From contig JBBIJE010000008.1 of the NCBI GenBank assembly GCA_037446155.1, positions 94,049 through 158,048 of the forward strand: a stretch of DNA of 64,000 nucleotides, read 5' to 3'. A program made the position numbers and the translations under genes. Numbering within the stretch: the stretch's first letter is position 1; each line of letters opens with the position of its first letter. Below are positions 50,813 through 60,099 of this stretch, piece by piece. The stretch is from Myxococcales bacterium (GTDB taxonomy: Bacteria; Desulfobacterota; Binatia; UTPRO1; JBBIJE01). Under the pieces are notes generated by a model that was given only the letters and a program-made list of their open reading frames with translations, did no database searches and was not told the origin of the DNA.

Positions 50813-52465
50813 ATGCAGAATTTACGAGATCTCACTATCGGCGCGCTTCTCGACCAAACGGCGAGCCGCTGCGCGAGCTCGGATGCTTTGGTTTTCCCGG
50901 AGTTTCGATTGCGGCAAAGTTACCGGCAGCTTCGCGACAGCGTGGATCGCCTCGCCAAAGGACTCATCGGGCTTGGCATCGAGCCCGGGGAACACCTGGC
51001 GGTTTGGGCCACGAACTGGCCCCAGTGGGTGTGGCTCCAATTTGCGGCTGCGAAGGTCGGTGCGGTTCTGGTTACCGTAAACCCCGCTTATCGGGCGGGC
51101 GAGCTAGCCTATGTTCTGGAGCAGTCGGAGGCCTCGGGCCTTTTCATGATCAGCCGGTTTCGGGACTCCGATTATATGGCGATGCTGCGGGAGGTCTGCC
51201 CGGAGATCGCCGGCAGCAGGCCGGGGCGCCTAGCGGCGAAGAGATTTCCCCGCTTGCGTCGCGTGGCGCTCTTCGAGGAAAGCGGGCTGCCCGGAGTGCT
51301 CGGATGGCGGGACGTGATGGCGGCGGGGATCGGTATAAGCGACCACATGTTGAGAAAGGTGGAGGAGCAGGTCGATCCGCAAGACGTGGTCAACATACAA
51401 TACACCTCCGGGACCACGGGTTTTCCCAAGGGAGCCCAGCTTACGCACCGCAACCTCTTTCAAAATGCTTACTACTCGGGCGAGTGCATGCGGCTTACGG
51501 AGCGCGACCGACTCTGCGTTCCCGTCCCTTTCTACCATTGCTTCGGGTGCGTGCTGGGCACGCTGGTTGCCGTGTGCCGCGGCTGCGCGGTGGTGGTTCC
51601 GAGCGAGCATTTCGACGCCGAGAAGACGCTCGCGGCGGCTGCGGCCGAGCGCTGCACCGTAATACACGGAGTGCCGACGATGTTCGTGGCCGAGCTTTCC
51701 CACCCGAGATTCGAGGAGTTCGACCTGAGGAGCTTGAGGACCGGGATCATGGCCGGCGCGCCCTGTCCGGAGGAGCTCATGAAACAAGTGGTGGAGCGCA
51801 TGCACGCCAAGGAGATGACCATAGCTTATGGGCAGACCGAGGCCTCTCCAGTCATCACACAGACGCGCGCGGAGGATCCCATCGCGCTTCGCGTCTCGAC
51901 CGTGGGGCGGCCGCTTCCAGGGGTGGAGGTGAAGATCGTCGATCCCGCAAGCGGCCGCAGGGTTCCAGCCGGGAGCCAGGGAGAGCTCTGCTGCCGCAGT
52001 GCCATGGTGATGAAGGGCTACTACAACATGCCCGAAGCCACCGCCGAGGCGATAGATGCCGAGGGGTGGCTCCACACCGGGGACCTGGCGGTCATGGACG
52101 AGCACGGCTACTGCCGCATAACCGGCCGCATAAAGGACATGATAATCAGGGGGGGCGAGAACGTTTACCCGCGCGAGATCGAGGAGTTTCTCTATGCCCA
52201 TCCACAGATCGCTGAAGCGCATGTCTTCGGTGTCCCGGACGCCAAGTTCGGCGAAGAGGTGGCGGTTTGGATTCGCCTCAAGCCGGGGGCCACGATGTCA
52301 CCCGAAGAGGTTCGCAATTTTTGTCGTAACCGGATCGCGCACTACAAGATACCGCGTTACGTGAAGTTCGTGACTGATTTTCCCATGACGGTGACGGGAA
52401 AGGTGCAGAAGTTCAGGATGCGGGAACTCGCTGCGCGCGAGCTCGGATTGGCCGACAATCTCTAG
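50813..52465 (+). CDS. AMP-dependent acyl-CoA synthetase/ligase (fatty-acid--CoA ligase-like).
   Basis: AMP-binding motif IQYTSGTTGFPKGAQLTHRN, plus the motif II/III regions YGQTEAS, TGDLAVMDEHGY and the lysine-containing IPRYVKF. RBS GAGGTAGGGG. Confidence 0.8.
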   Translation: MQNLRDLTIGALLDQTASRCASSDALVFPEFRLRQSYRQLRDSVDRLAKGLIGLGIEPGEHLAVWATNWPQWVWLQFAAAKVGAVLVTVNPAYRAGELAYVLEQSEASGLFMISRFRDSDYMAMLREVCPEIAGSRPGRLAAKRFPRLRRVALFEESGLPGVLGWRDVMAAGIGISDHMLRKVEEQVDPQDVVNIQYTSGTTGFPKGAQLTHRNLFQNAYYSGECMRLTERDRLCVPVPFYHCFGCVLGTLVAVCRGCAVVVPSEHFDAEKTLAAAAAERCTVIHGVPTMFVAELSHPRFEEFDLRSLRTGIMAGAPCPEELMKQVVERMHAKEMTIAYGQTEASPVITQTRAEDPIALRVSTVGRPLPGVEVKIVDPASGRRVPAGSQGELCCRSAMVMKGYYNMPEATAEAIDAEGWLHTGDLAVMDEHGYCRITGRIKDMIIRGGENVYPREIEEFLYAHPQIAEAHVFGVPDAKFGEEVAVWIRLKPGATMSPEEVRNFCRNRIAHYKIPRYVKFVTDFPMTVTGKVQKFRMRELAARELGLADNL

Positions 52466-52504
52466 GAAAAATCGGGGATCGTCGCTCGCCCGCCGCCCTC
52501 TGGT

Positions 52505-53509
52505 TTAGAATACCGACCGGCGCTGTGCCAACAGATCGGAGAGCATCTGCTGGATGATCTGGCGCACTTCGTTGGCCTTCGCCTGGACGGCGGGCTTCTG
52601 GAGTCGGCGTCGGCCCACGAGGTCGTCGAAGGTAAGCGGCCGCCCGAACTGAATGTACCACTTGGTGGGAAGCGGCACCGCTCCGAGAACGCCCAAAAAG
52701 GGGAAGAAGGGGGTCACCGGAAGGTAAGGGGCTCCGATCATCCTTCCGAGGCTCGGGATTCTGGCGATAAGCGGATACGTTTCCTCGGCTCCTACCACCG
52801 CTACCGGCACGACAGGTGCCGAGAACTTGAGGCTCATGCGCACGAAGCCGCTGTTGAAGGGCTTTAGCACGTAACGCTCGGAAAAGAGCTTCGCCGTCCC
52901 TGCCACCCCCTCCGGGAATATGCCCACTACTTCTCCCCGTTCGAGGAGAATCTCGGCGTTCTGTCGTCCAGCCACCACCGCTCCGACGCGACGGTAAAAG
53001 TGCGGCACCCACGGCATCCGCTCCACGAACCGGTCGTACAGAAACCGGGCGATACGCCCGCCGCGTTTTTCCTCGAGTGCATACGAGATCATGGCCGCGT
53101 CGAAGGGCAGGGCGCCGGAGTGGTTGGCGACGAGCAGCACGGGCCCTCGCCTCGGCACGTTGCGGATGCCGATTGCCTCGACACGCCAGTAGTGATGGTA
53201 CAAAAAGCTAAAGAGGGGCGTCACTCGCGCCCGGAACGCGGGCTCGAAGCCGAAATCGTCCGCTCCTTTGGTAGCCGCACGTCCCCGCCCCGCCTCGGCC
53301 CCCTCCAACTGGCCTGCCAGTTCCGCAAGCGCCGCCGAAGCCGCCTTGAGGCGCTCTTCGAACCGACTGGCACGCCCACCGGCAGAATGCCGGGCGTCTG
53401 CCTCTGGAGCTTCGCTTAAATTTTGCGCAACCTGCGACACCACACCGACTCTCTTACTCTGCCATCGATAATAGCACAGCTTCCTCGCTCGCGCAGGACG
53501 CCGTGTCAA
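52505..53509 (-). CDS. Lysophospholipid / glycerol-phosphate acyltransferase family protein.
   Basis: HX4D acyltransferase motif VANHSGALPFD, plus the downstream FPEG motif GIFPEGVAG. Confidence 0.6.
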   Translation of the reverse strand: MTRRPARARKLCYYRWQSKRVGVVSQVAQNLSEAPEADARHSAGGRASRFEERLKAASAALAELAGQLEGAEAGRGRAATKGADDFGFEPAFRARVTPLFSFLYHHYWRVEAIGIRNVPRRGPVLLVANHSGALPFDAAMISYALEEKRGGRIARFLYDRFVERMPWVPHFYRRVGAVVAGRQNAEILLERGEVVGIFPEGVAGTAKLFSERYVLKPFNSGFVRMSLKFSAPVVPVAVVGAEETYPLIARIPSLGRMIGAPYLPVTPFFPFLGVLGAVPLPTKWYIQFGRPLTFDDLVGRRRLQKPAVQAKANEVRQIIQQMLSDLLAQRRSVF

Positions 53510-54139
53510 CTCGCTGGCAGTAGCGCCAAGATTGGCCCAACCTGAGTCAAGAAAGGGTCGCCAATCGCTTGGAAAATCGACGGCACGGCAATTGCTCTGG
53601 AGTTTTCGAAGGGCGCAGGGTCACATTTTCCCGGGGACCCCCCGGGGACTTAACCGACGTGGGTAGGCGCGCCAGAAGGATAAAAGATGTCGCGGCGGGC
53701 AATGATGATTGCGGGTCGCTGGTGTTGTGTGGCACTGGCGAGCTCGATCCTAGCCTTCCTTTTCGCAAGCCTTGCGCTGCACACATGGCGCAGCCGAGGG
53801 TTGAGCCGGCCTTCCGGGAGCGCGGCGGCTTTGGGGGCGCAGGACTCGCTCGGCCCTGGCCTCTTGCACAACGCGGGCGCCTGTACCGCTTCGGAAGGCT
53901 GCGGGCGTTAGCCGCTCAGATGCGCGCAGGGAACCAGCCGACCCGCGCCCTGTCGCGTTCCTGCCTCCCGTTCGGACATCCTTTGCAGCCCATACCAGTG
54001 GCGCAATCGGTAGCGAGCGTCTTTCGTGCATCTCGCGCGAGCGGAGCCAGGTTGCAGTCGTTCGGTTTGGATTTCGCACCGATAGGTCCTAAGCGACCGC
54101 AGCCCGTAGCTCCCCTCGAGTCGTTCGACTATAATTTTA

Positions 54140-56476
54140 GTGGTACGCCCGATGCGCCCGTGCGACTTGAAGAGCCTCGAGTTCCACAAGGTCCTGGAAG
54201 CGCTTGCCCGGTGGGCGGCATCGGAGCCGGGTCGTGCTGCCTGCCTCGCTCTGCAACCCGCCACAGATCCCGAGGAGGTGCGTGAGCGGCTCACCCGCCA
54301 AGCCGACCTCGTTCGGCTGGTGAACGAGCGCGGGGCTCTTCCCCTTCGACCCTTCAGCGACATTTCTAGGCTGCTCACCCTTGCGAGGCACGAAGGGGCG
54401 ATGTTGAGCGGCCCTCAGTTGCTGGAGATCTTGAACGTGATAAGACTCGCCCGGCTGTTGCGTGCTTATCTTCGGCCTCACGCGGATCGGTTTGCCAGTT
54501 TGGCTGGCCTGGCGCGCTCGCTCAGGCCCCTCCCGGAGCTGGAGTCCGCCCTTGCCCAAGCGCTCGATCAGGACGGAAGACTCAAAGATCAGGCGAGCCC
54601 GGCCCTCGCCGAGATCCGCCGTACCATAAAAGAGCTTCGTCAGGAGGTGGAGGAGCGCTTGAAGCGCCTTCTCCACTCGCCGGCACACGCGGACGTGATT
54701 GCCGATGACTACGTAACGATACGCAACAATAGATTCGTTATCCCCGTGAAGCCCCATTTCGCGCAGTCACTTCCGGGAATCGTGCAGGATCGATCCGCTT
54801 CCGGAGAGACCTATTTCATAGAGCCGCTCTTTGCGGTCGAGATAAACAATCGGCAGATGATAGCCATCAAGGAGGAGGAAGCGGAAGAGAGGAGGCTTCT
54901 CGTAGCCTTTACCACGTGGGTGGGGCGATCCGCGGCCGAGATCGAGGAAGCTTATGCGGCCTTGGTGCGGGCCGATGTGCTGGCGGCGGCCGCGGCTTTC
55001 GCCGTCAAGCTGCGCTGCACCAAGCCTGACCTTTCCGATGGCGACATCGAACTCAAGCAAGCGCGGCATCCTCTGCTGGAGCTCACCGGCCGCACGGTGG
55101 TGGCGGTCGACATCCGTGTCGGAGGCAGGGGCCAGGGCTTGGTCCTGAGCGGGCCGAACACCGGGGGCAAGACCGTGGCGCTCAAGACCGTCGGTCTTCT
55201 CACGCTCATGGCGCAAAGCGGGCTCTTGGTTCCGGCTGCGGAGGGGAGCAGAGTGGCGTGCTGCAAGGCGGTCCTGGCGGACCTGGTCGATGAGCAAAGC
55301 ATCGAGCGCAACCTTTCGACCTTTTCTTCTCATATCGCGAACCTCGTGGATATTTTCGCGAGGTTGAAGCTCCCTTGCCTCGTGCTGCTCGATGAGCCGG
55401 GGGTGGGAACCGATCCGGAAGAAGGAGCGCTGATTGCGGTGGGATTGCTTTCGGCGCTCACCCGAGCGGGAGCGTCGGTAGTGGTGGCTACCCATTACCG
55501 GGCGGTCAAGCTCCTCGCCCTGGACTCGCCGAATTACGAGATAGCAGCGGTGGACTTCGATCCGGTGAGCTTACAGCCGCGCTACAGATTGGTTTACGGC
55601 TCGATAGGGGAGAGCCTGGGACTTGCGGTCGCGGCCAGGCTGGGTTTGCCGGCTGAGGTGCTTGCTACCGCGCACCAGCGCAGATCCGAAGAGGGCGAAG
55701 AGCTGCGCTCGGCCGTCGAGAAAATGGAGGAAGCCAGGCGAGAATACGAGGAGAAGGCGGCCGAGCTAGAGCGAGAAAGGGTGCGTGCGCGCGAGGCATT
55801 CGCAGAGCATCAGGCGCTTGCAGCGGAGCTGCGCGAGCGAAAGCGGAGGTACTGGCGAACGGAGCTTGCCGCCGCGCGCGCGTTCTTGCAGGATCTCAAA
55901 GCGCAGGGACGCGAGCTTCTCTCCGTCGTGAGAAGACGCCCGGATGGGGCAGCGGCGCTCAGTGCTTTTGTGGCCGAGAAGCGAGCCCAGATAGCCGCGC
56001 GCGAGGAGGAGATCGCGCCGGTGGTAGAAGCTGCAAGCGAGCCGCCCGTCGTGGGCGATCTTGTGGAGGTGGCCGGCAAGGGGATTCGGGGAGAGCTTTC
56101 CGAAGTGTTTGGGGAGCGAGCGCGGATCGTGCGGGGCGGGTTGCGCTTCGAGGTGAAGCTTGGAGACCTTCGGCGGGTCGGGGTCCCCGAGAGGGGGAAG
56201 ACCACGGTCAAGGTTCCTGAGCATTCCGGTACTCCTCTGGAGATCAACCTCACGGGGCTTAGGGTGGGGGATGCGCTTCGCCGGCTCGAAGACTTCCTCG
56301 ACCGGGCTCAGCTTGCCGGGCACGCGGAGGTCCGGGTCATTCACGGGATCGGGACCGGTGCATTGAAGCGGGCGGTTCTCGAATACCTGGCCACCTCACC
56401 TTACTGCGCCGCACACCGCGAGGCCGATCAGGGAGCCGGGGGGGTTACGGTGGTGGAGCTGCTTCCGCAAGCGTAA
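54140..56476 (+). CDS. mutS2: Endonuclease MutS2.
   Basis: MutS domain V Walker A LSGPNTGGKTVALK, a coiled-coil middle region and a C-terminal Smr domain (VRVIHGIGTGALKRAV). 778 aa. Confidence 0.85.
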   Translation: MVRPMRPCDLKSLEFHKVLEALARWAASEPGRAACLALQPATDPEEVRERLTRQADLVRLVNERGALPLRPFSDISRLLTLARHEGAMLSGPQLLEILNVIRLARLLRAYLRPHADRFASLAGLARSLRPLPELESALAQALDQDGRLKDQASPALAEIRRTIKELRQEVEERLKRLLHSPAHADVIADDYVTIRNNRFVIPVKPHFAQSLPGIVQDRSASGETYFIEPLFAVEINNRQMIAIKEEEAEERRLLVAFTTWVGRSAAEIEEAYAALVRADVLAAAAAFAVKLRCTKPDLSDGDIELKQARHPLLELTGRTVVAVDIRVGGRGQGLVLSGPNTGGKTVALKTVGLLTLMAQSGLLVPAAEGSRVACCKAVLADLVDEQSIERNLSTFSSHIANLVDIFARLKLPCLVLLDEPGVGTDPEEGALIAVGLLSALTRAGASVVVATHYRAVKLLALDSPNYEIAAVDFDPVSLQPRYRLVYGSIGESLGLAVAARLGLPAEVLATAHQRRSEEGEELRSAVEKMEEARREYEEKAAELERERVRAREAFAEHQALAAELRERKRRYWRTELAAARAFLQDLKAQGRELLSVVRRRPDGAAALSAFVAEKRAQIAAREEEIAPVVEAASEPPVVGDLVEVAGKGIRGELSEVFGERARIVRGGLRFEVKLGDLRRVGVPERGKTTVKVPEHSGTPLEINLTGLRVGDALRRLEDFLDRAQLAGHAEVRVIHGIGTGALKRAVLEYLATSPYCAAHREADQGAGGVTVVELLPQA

Positions 56477-56529
56477 AGCCTGGGCTCGTCTCAACGGAAG
56501 CCTCGTGGCGGGCGCCAACAACCCCTTTT

Positions 56530-57459
56530 TTACAGGCGCAAAAGCTTCTTGGCGGTTCCCCCCAGCAGAGCGTCCACCTCTTGGGCCGTAAACTTCACCC
56601 CTTCCGGCGCATTTTCCGGAAGCCCCTTTACGAGATCGACCCACTGCTTGTCGTTGACGAGCGGGCGGTACGCGGGCCCGTCGGTGCCGAAGAGCACGCG
56701 GTCGATTCCCACCTCGTCTACGGTCTCCCTCAACTCTCGACAGAACTCGGCGTAGCGGCGCGTGGCGCGCGGCTGCCAGCCTGAGAAGTCCATGGCCAGG
56801 TTCGACACCGTGGCTGCGATATTCATGAGCTCGTGGCGCCAGCAGAAACCGAGGTGCGCCGCGATTACCTGAAGCTCGGGGAAATCGACGCAGACATCGT
56901 CGAGGTAAATCGGCTGAGCGTACTTGCTGCGAAGCCTTCCGATGATCGGGCCGGTGTGGATCAGAACCGGTACCCCGTACTCTTGGGCCTTCTCGTACAG
57001 TGGGTAAACCACCTTGTCGTTAGGGTAGTAACCGGAAGTGGGATGGAGCTTCAGTCCCTTGAAGCCCCACTCCGATATCGCCCGCTCGAAGAGATCGACC
57101 GCGTTGGGGCGCCGGGGATCGACTCCGGCAAAGGCTACCAGCTTATCGGGAAAGCGCCTCACTATCTCGGCGTGCAAGCGATTTTGCTCCTCTACGGGAA
57201 CCGTCTGGCCTCCGAGCCCGAGCCCGTAGTCGAGCGGCAGCAGGATGGCCCGATCTATGCCCGCTTCCTCCATGCTGGCGATTTGCTTCTCGCCGCTCGG
57301 GTCGAATAGGAGCGGAGCCAATTGCGTCCAGAGCTGGTCCAAAGCGACCTCGAGGCCTTGTGCGGCCAGGGCTCTCCGACCGGCCTCCGCCAGCCCTTGC
57401 CAGAAGGCCTCCGGCAGCCACTCCTCGACGAAGATATGGCAATGGGCATCGATTATCAT
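56530..57459 (-). CDS. Amidohydrolase-family metal-dependent hydrolase (TIM barrel).
   Basis: N-terminal IIDAHCHIF metal-binding His pair. Conserved His/Asp are spread over 309 aa, as in the amidohydrolase-2 family. Confidence 0.6.
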   Translation of the reverse strand: MIIDAHCHIFVEEWLPEAFWQGLAEAGRRALAAQGLEVALDQLWTQLAPLLFDPSGEKQIASMEEAGIDRAILLPLDYGLGLGGQTVPVEEQNRLHAEIVRRFPDKLVAFAGVDPRRPNAVDLFERAISEWGFKGLKLHPTSGYYPNDKVVYPLYEKAQEYGVPVLIHTGPIIGRLRSKYAQPIYLDDVCVDFPELQVIAAHLGFCWRHELMNIAATVSNLAMDFSGWQPRATRRYAEFCRELRETVDEVGIDRVLFGTDGPAYRPLVNDKQWVDLVKGLPENAPEGVKFTAQEVDALLGGTAKKLLRL

Positions 57460-57824
57460 ATGAGACTCCTTCCCTGTACTCTGGTAGCTATACAGCCGAC
57501 TGCTCTACCATCGAGGCGCCAAAAAGGGTGCAGACGCCGGTCCGCCGACGGTAGACGCCGGCCTGGTTCCCGACGGCTCCCCTCGCAAAGGCGCGCGCAG
57601 AGTGCAAGCCAGCGATCGGACTTTTCCTTTCGCGACCGGCCGGGGCGCTCGCCCCCCCACCATTTCCCTTGCTGTCCCGTGGGGGCAGCTATACTCGACC
57701 GACGGGGTTCGATCAACTCCGGTTCGAATCCATGCGGAACAGGTGGGCTGCGGCCGACCGCGCGGTTGACAGAGCAGCGCAAGCCGCTATATTCCCCCGG
57801 GAATAACGCACTTCCTCGGGACCC

Positions 57825-58277
57825 ATGGATGAGCCCATCAAAGGGGGGCGCCCGCCGGCTTTGGGCACGGGGCCGGTTGCGAGCGGCTATCGCGTAGGCG
57901 GGCGCATGTGGATCGAAAAGAAGGGGCAGACCTTCCTTTCCTGGGGACGTGTGGTCCTGCTGGAACAGATTCGTACCCACGGCTCGATCGCCGCCGCCGC
58001 CCGGGCCATGGGGATGGGATATCGCCATGCCTGGGAACTTGTCGCGCAAATGAACGAGCTTGCGCCTCGACCTCTGGTGATCAAGGTGGCAGGCGGGCGA
58101 AGGGGTGGGGGGGCGCGGCTCACGAGCGCTGGGGAGCTGGCCATAGCACGATTCTGGCGCCTGGTGGGTGAGTTCCGGGGGTGGCTGGACGGCCAGGAGG
58201 CGGAGATCATGACAGGGCCGGGTGCGACTCGCCGGACGATGGGCAAAAAGCCGGTTGCGCGAAAGGGTGGGCGGTGA
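57825..58277 (+). CDS. ModE-like molybdate-responsive transcriptional regulator, N-terminal HTH domain only. The true start may be the internal Met at 57906.
   Basis: WGRVVLLEQIRTHGSIAAAARAMGMGYRHAWELVAQMNE...GGRRGGGARLT matches the ModE N-terminal winged-helix core. Confidence 0.55.
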   Translation: MDEPIKGGRPPALGTGPVASGYRVGGRMWIEKKGQTFLSWGRVVLLEQIRTHGSIAAAARAMGMGYRHAWELVAQMNELAPRPLVIKVAGGRRGGGARLTSAGELAIARFWRLVGEFRGWLDGQEAEIMTGPGATRRTMGKKPVARKGGR

Positions 58278-58389
58278 GCCGAGGGGAAGCTTCGCGCAAA
58301 GGCCTCTTGGCTCCGGCGGCTTGGGTGGATCATGGAAGAGGACGCTCCTCCTCCCGTGTTTCCCTTCCGTTCTTTTTGAGGCCGGGACC

Positions 58390-59313
58390 GTGAGCCCCCG
58401 AAGATCCACGCGGCGTCTCTACATTTGGTTTCTATTACTAGTAGGGGTGGGTTCAGGCTGGCTTTGGTTGGAAAGCGTACGGGAGGGACGGGCCACCAAA
58501 CCGCGGTCGCAGGAGCATCGGCAGGGGGAGACGCGGGCTGTGGAGCGTTCGATCGAACTTTTTGTCGGCTCGGCGTCGCGCTTGCCGGTTGAGGAGGCGG
58601 CCAGGATTTTCGAGCGTGAAGCGGGCGTTAGCGTAGTTTTGCATTTCGGCGGCTCCGGCAGGATGCTATCCGAGATGAAGCTTTCGGGGTGTGGTGATAT
58701 TTACCTCCCAGGATCGTCCGATTACATGGAGCTAGCCAAGGAAAAGGGTCTGGTAGTGGCCCAAAGCGAGAGGATAGTGGCGTACCTGGTGCCGGCTATC
58801 GTGGTCGCGGAGGGAAACCCGCTCGGCGTCTTGGGTCTCGAGGATCTCGCGCGGCCCGGCTTACGAGTTGCGATCGCGCGCCCCGATGCCGTCTGTGCGG
58901 GCCTGTACGCCGTGGAAGTCCTCGAGCGCGCGGGGATATCGGGCCGGGTGCGTCCGAACATCGTCACTCATGCGGAATCGTGCGAGAAGCTGGCTCAGGT
59001 AGTGGCGCTCGGCTTAGCCGATGCAGCGATCGGTTGGCGTGTCATGCAATATTGGGATGACGAGCGTCTCGAAGCGGTGGCGCTTGCGCCCGAGCAGGTG
59101 GCTCGCATCGGCTACATTCCGGTCGCCGTATCCGTCTTCAGTCGCAACCCCGCCCTGGCACGTCGCTTCATTGCCTTCCTCACCTCGCCTGCGGGACGCA
59201 GCATATTCAGCAAGTGGCACTATACGGTTACGGAGGAGGAGGCGCGCCGGTTCGCGCAAGCCCAAGCGCCGGTGGGCGGGCGCTGGGAGCTTCCGCGAAT
59301 GTGGCAGCGCTGA
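58390..59313 (+). CDS. modA: Molybdate/tungstate ABC transporter substrate-binding protein (ModA/WtpA-like).
   Basis: Signal-anchor RRSTRRLYIWFLLLVGVG. Periplasmic binding-protein fold with the oxyanion-binding context VVLHFGGSG...YLPGSSD. Start placed at an in-frame GTG inside the ORF-track ORF. Confidence 0.6.
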   Translation: MSPRRSTRRLYIWFLLLVGVGSGWLWLESVREGRATKPRSQEHRQGETRAVERSIELFVGSASRLPVEEAARIFEREAGVSVVLHFGGSGRMLSEMKLSGCGDIYLPGSSDYMELAKEKGLVVAQSERIVAYLVPAIVVAEGNPLGVLGLEDLARPGLRVAIARPDAVCAGLYAVEVLERAGISGRVRPNIVTHAESCEKLAQVVALGLADAAIGWRVMQYWDDERLEAVALAPEQVARIGYIPVAVSVFSRNPALARRFIAFLTSPAGRSIFSKWHYTVTEEEARRFAQAQAPVGGRWELPRMWQR

Positions 59314-59319
59314 GGCGAC

Positions 59320-60099
59320 ATGGGTGGCAGGGCGTTTTCGGTCTTTCTCGCCTGCGGTCTGGGGCTCGCCTTGACCATAGTACTGGCCCTGCTCGCGTCT
59401 GAGGTGGCCTTTACTGGCGTAACGGCGCCGGCTGCGACGCTCCTTTCAAAAGACGCGAGGGCCGCGATCCTGCTGAGCCTACTCTGCGCCAGCGCAGCGG
59501 CGGCACTGGGGCTCCTCGTCGCCGTTCCGGCGGCTTATTTCCTGGCGCGCTACCGTTTCAGGGGGGCCACGATCATAGACGCGCTGCTCGACGTCCCCGT
59601 GGTGCTCTCGCCCGTGGCTTTGGGGCTTGCGCTTCTCCTCTTCTTTCGCACCGGTGCGGGGTTGTGGCTCGAGGCTCACGTCATGCGCTTCGTTTTCGAG
59701 GTGCCAGGCATAATATTGGCGCAGTTCCTCCTGGCGGTCGCTCTCGAGATTCGCGTGCTCAAGGCTACATTCGAAGATGTCGATCCTCGCATGGAAGTCG
59801 TCGCGCGTTTCTTGGGTTGCAGCCCGTGGAGGGCCTTCACCCGGGTGACGCTTCCGCTTTCGCGGGCTGGCTGCCTCGCCGCCTTCATCCTCGGATGGGC
59901 TAGAGCGGTCGGGGACTTCGGAGCGACAGTTACCATAGCGGGCGCGGTCAGAGGGAAGACCGAAACCATTCCGGTAAGCATTTATCTTCGCATCTCCTCG
60001 CTCGAGATCGAAGGGGCAGTCGCGCTTACGCTGGTTCTTACGGCGATCGCCTTCGTTGTCCTTGTCGCGGTTCGCGCTCTAGGGAGAAAGGGGTATTGA
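59320..60099 (+). CDS. modB: Molybdate ABC transporter permease.
   Basis: Six TM segments and an EAA-loop region in LGCSPWRAFTRVTLPLSRAG. Confidence 0.7.
   Translation: MGGRAFSVFLACGLGLALTIVLALLASEVAFTGVTAPAATLLSKDARAAILLSLLCASAAAALGLLVAVPAAYFLARYRFRGATIIDALLDVPVVLSPVALGLALLLFFRTGAGLWLEAHVMRFVFEVPGIILAQFLLAVALEIRVLKATFEDVDPRMEVVARFLGCSPWRAFTRVTLPLSRAGCLAAFILGWARAVGDFGATVTIAGAVRGKTETIPVSIYLRISSLEIEGAVALTLVLTAIAFVVLVAVRALGRKGY

Noticed and set aside
53985-54012. tRNA-like D-arm sequence gtggcgcaatcggtagcg.
   Set aside because: There is no acceptor stem, anticodon arm or T-arm that pairs. It is probably a chance match or a degraded remnant.
53569-54285. 238-aa ORF upstream of and overlapping the mutS2 start.
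   Set aside because: It overlaps the well-supported MutS2 N-terminus (LEFHKVLEAL). Its translation is low-complexity.
57655-57735. tRNA/tmRNA-like fragments: cgcccccccacca (CCA-end-like), gggggcagctatactcgaccgacgggg (tmRNA 5'-like) and ggttcgaatcc (T-loop-like).
   Set aside because: The pieces are in the wrong order and spacing for a tRNA or for a standard or permuted tmRNA. The T-loop-like string has no pairing stem. Downstream sequence encodes a convincing ModE HTH, so I found no complete structural RNA there.
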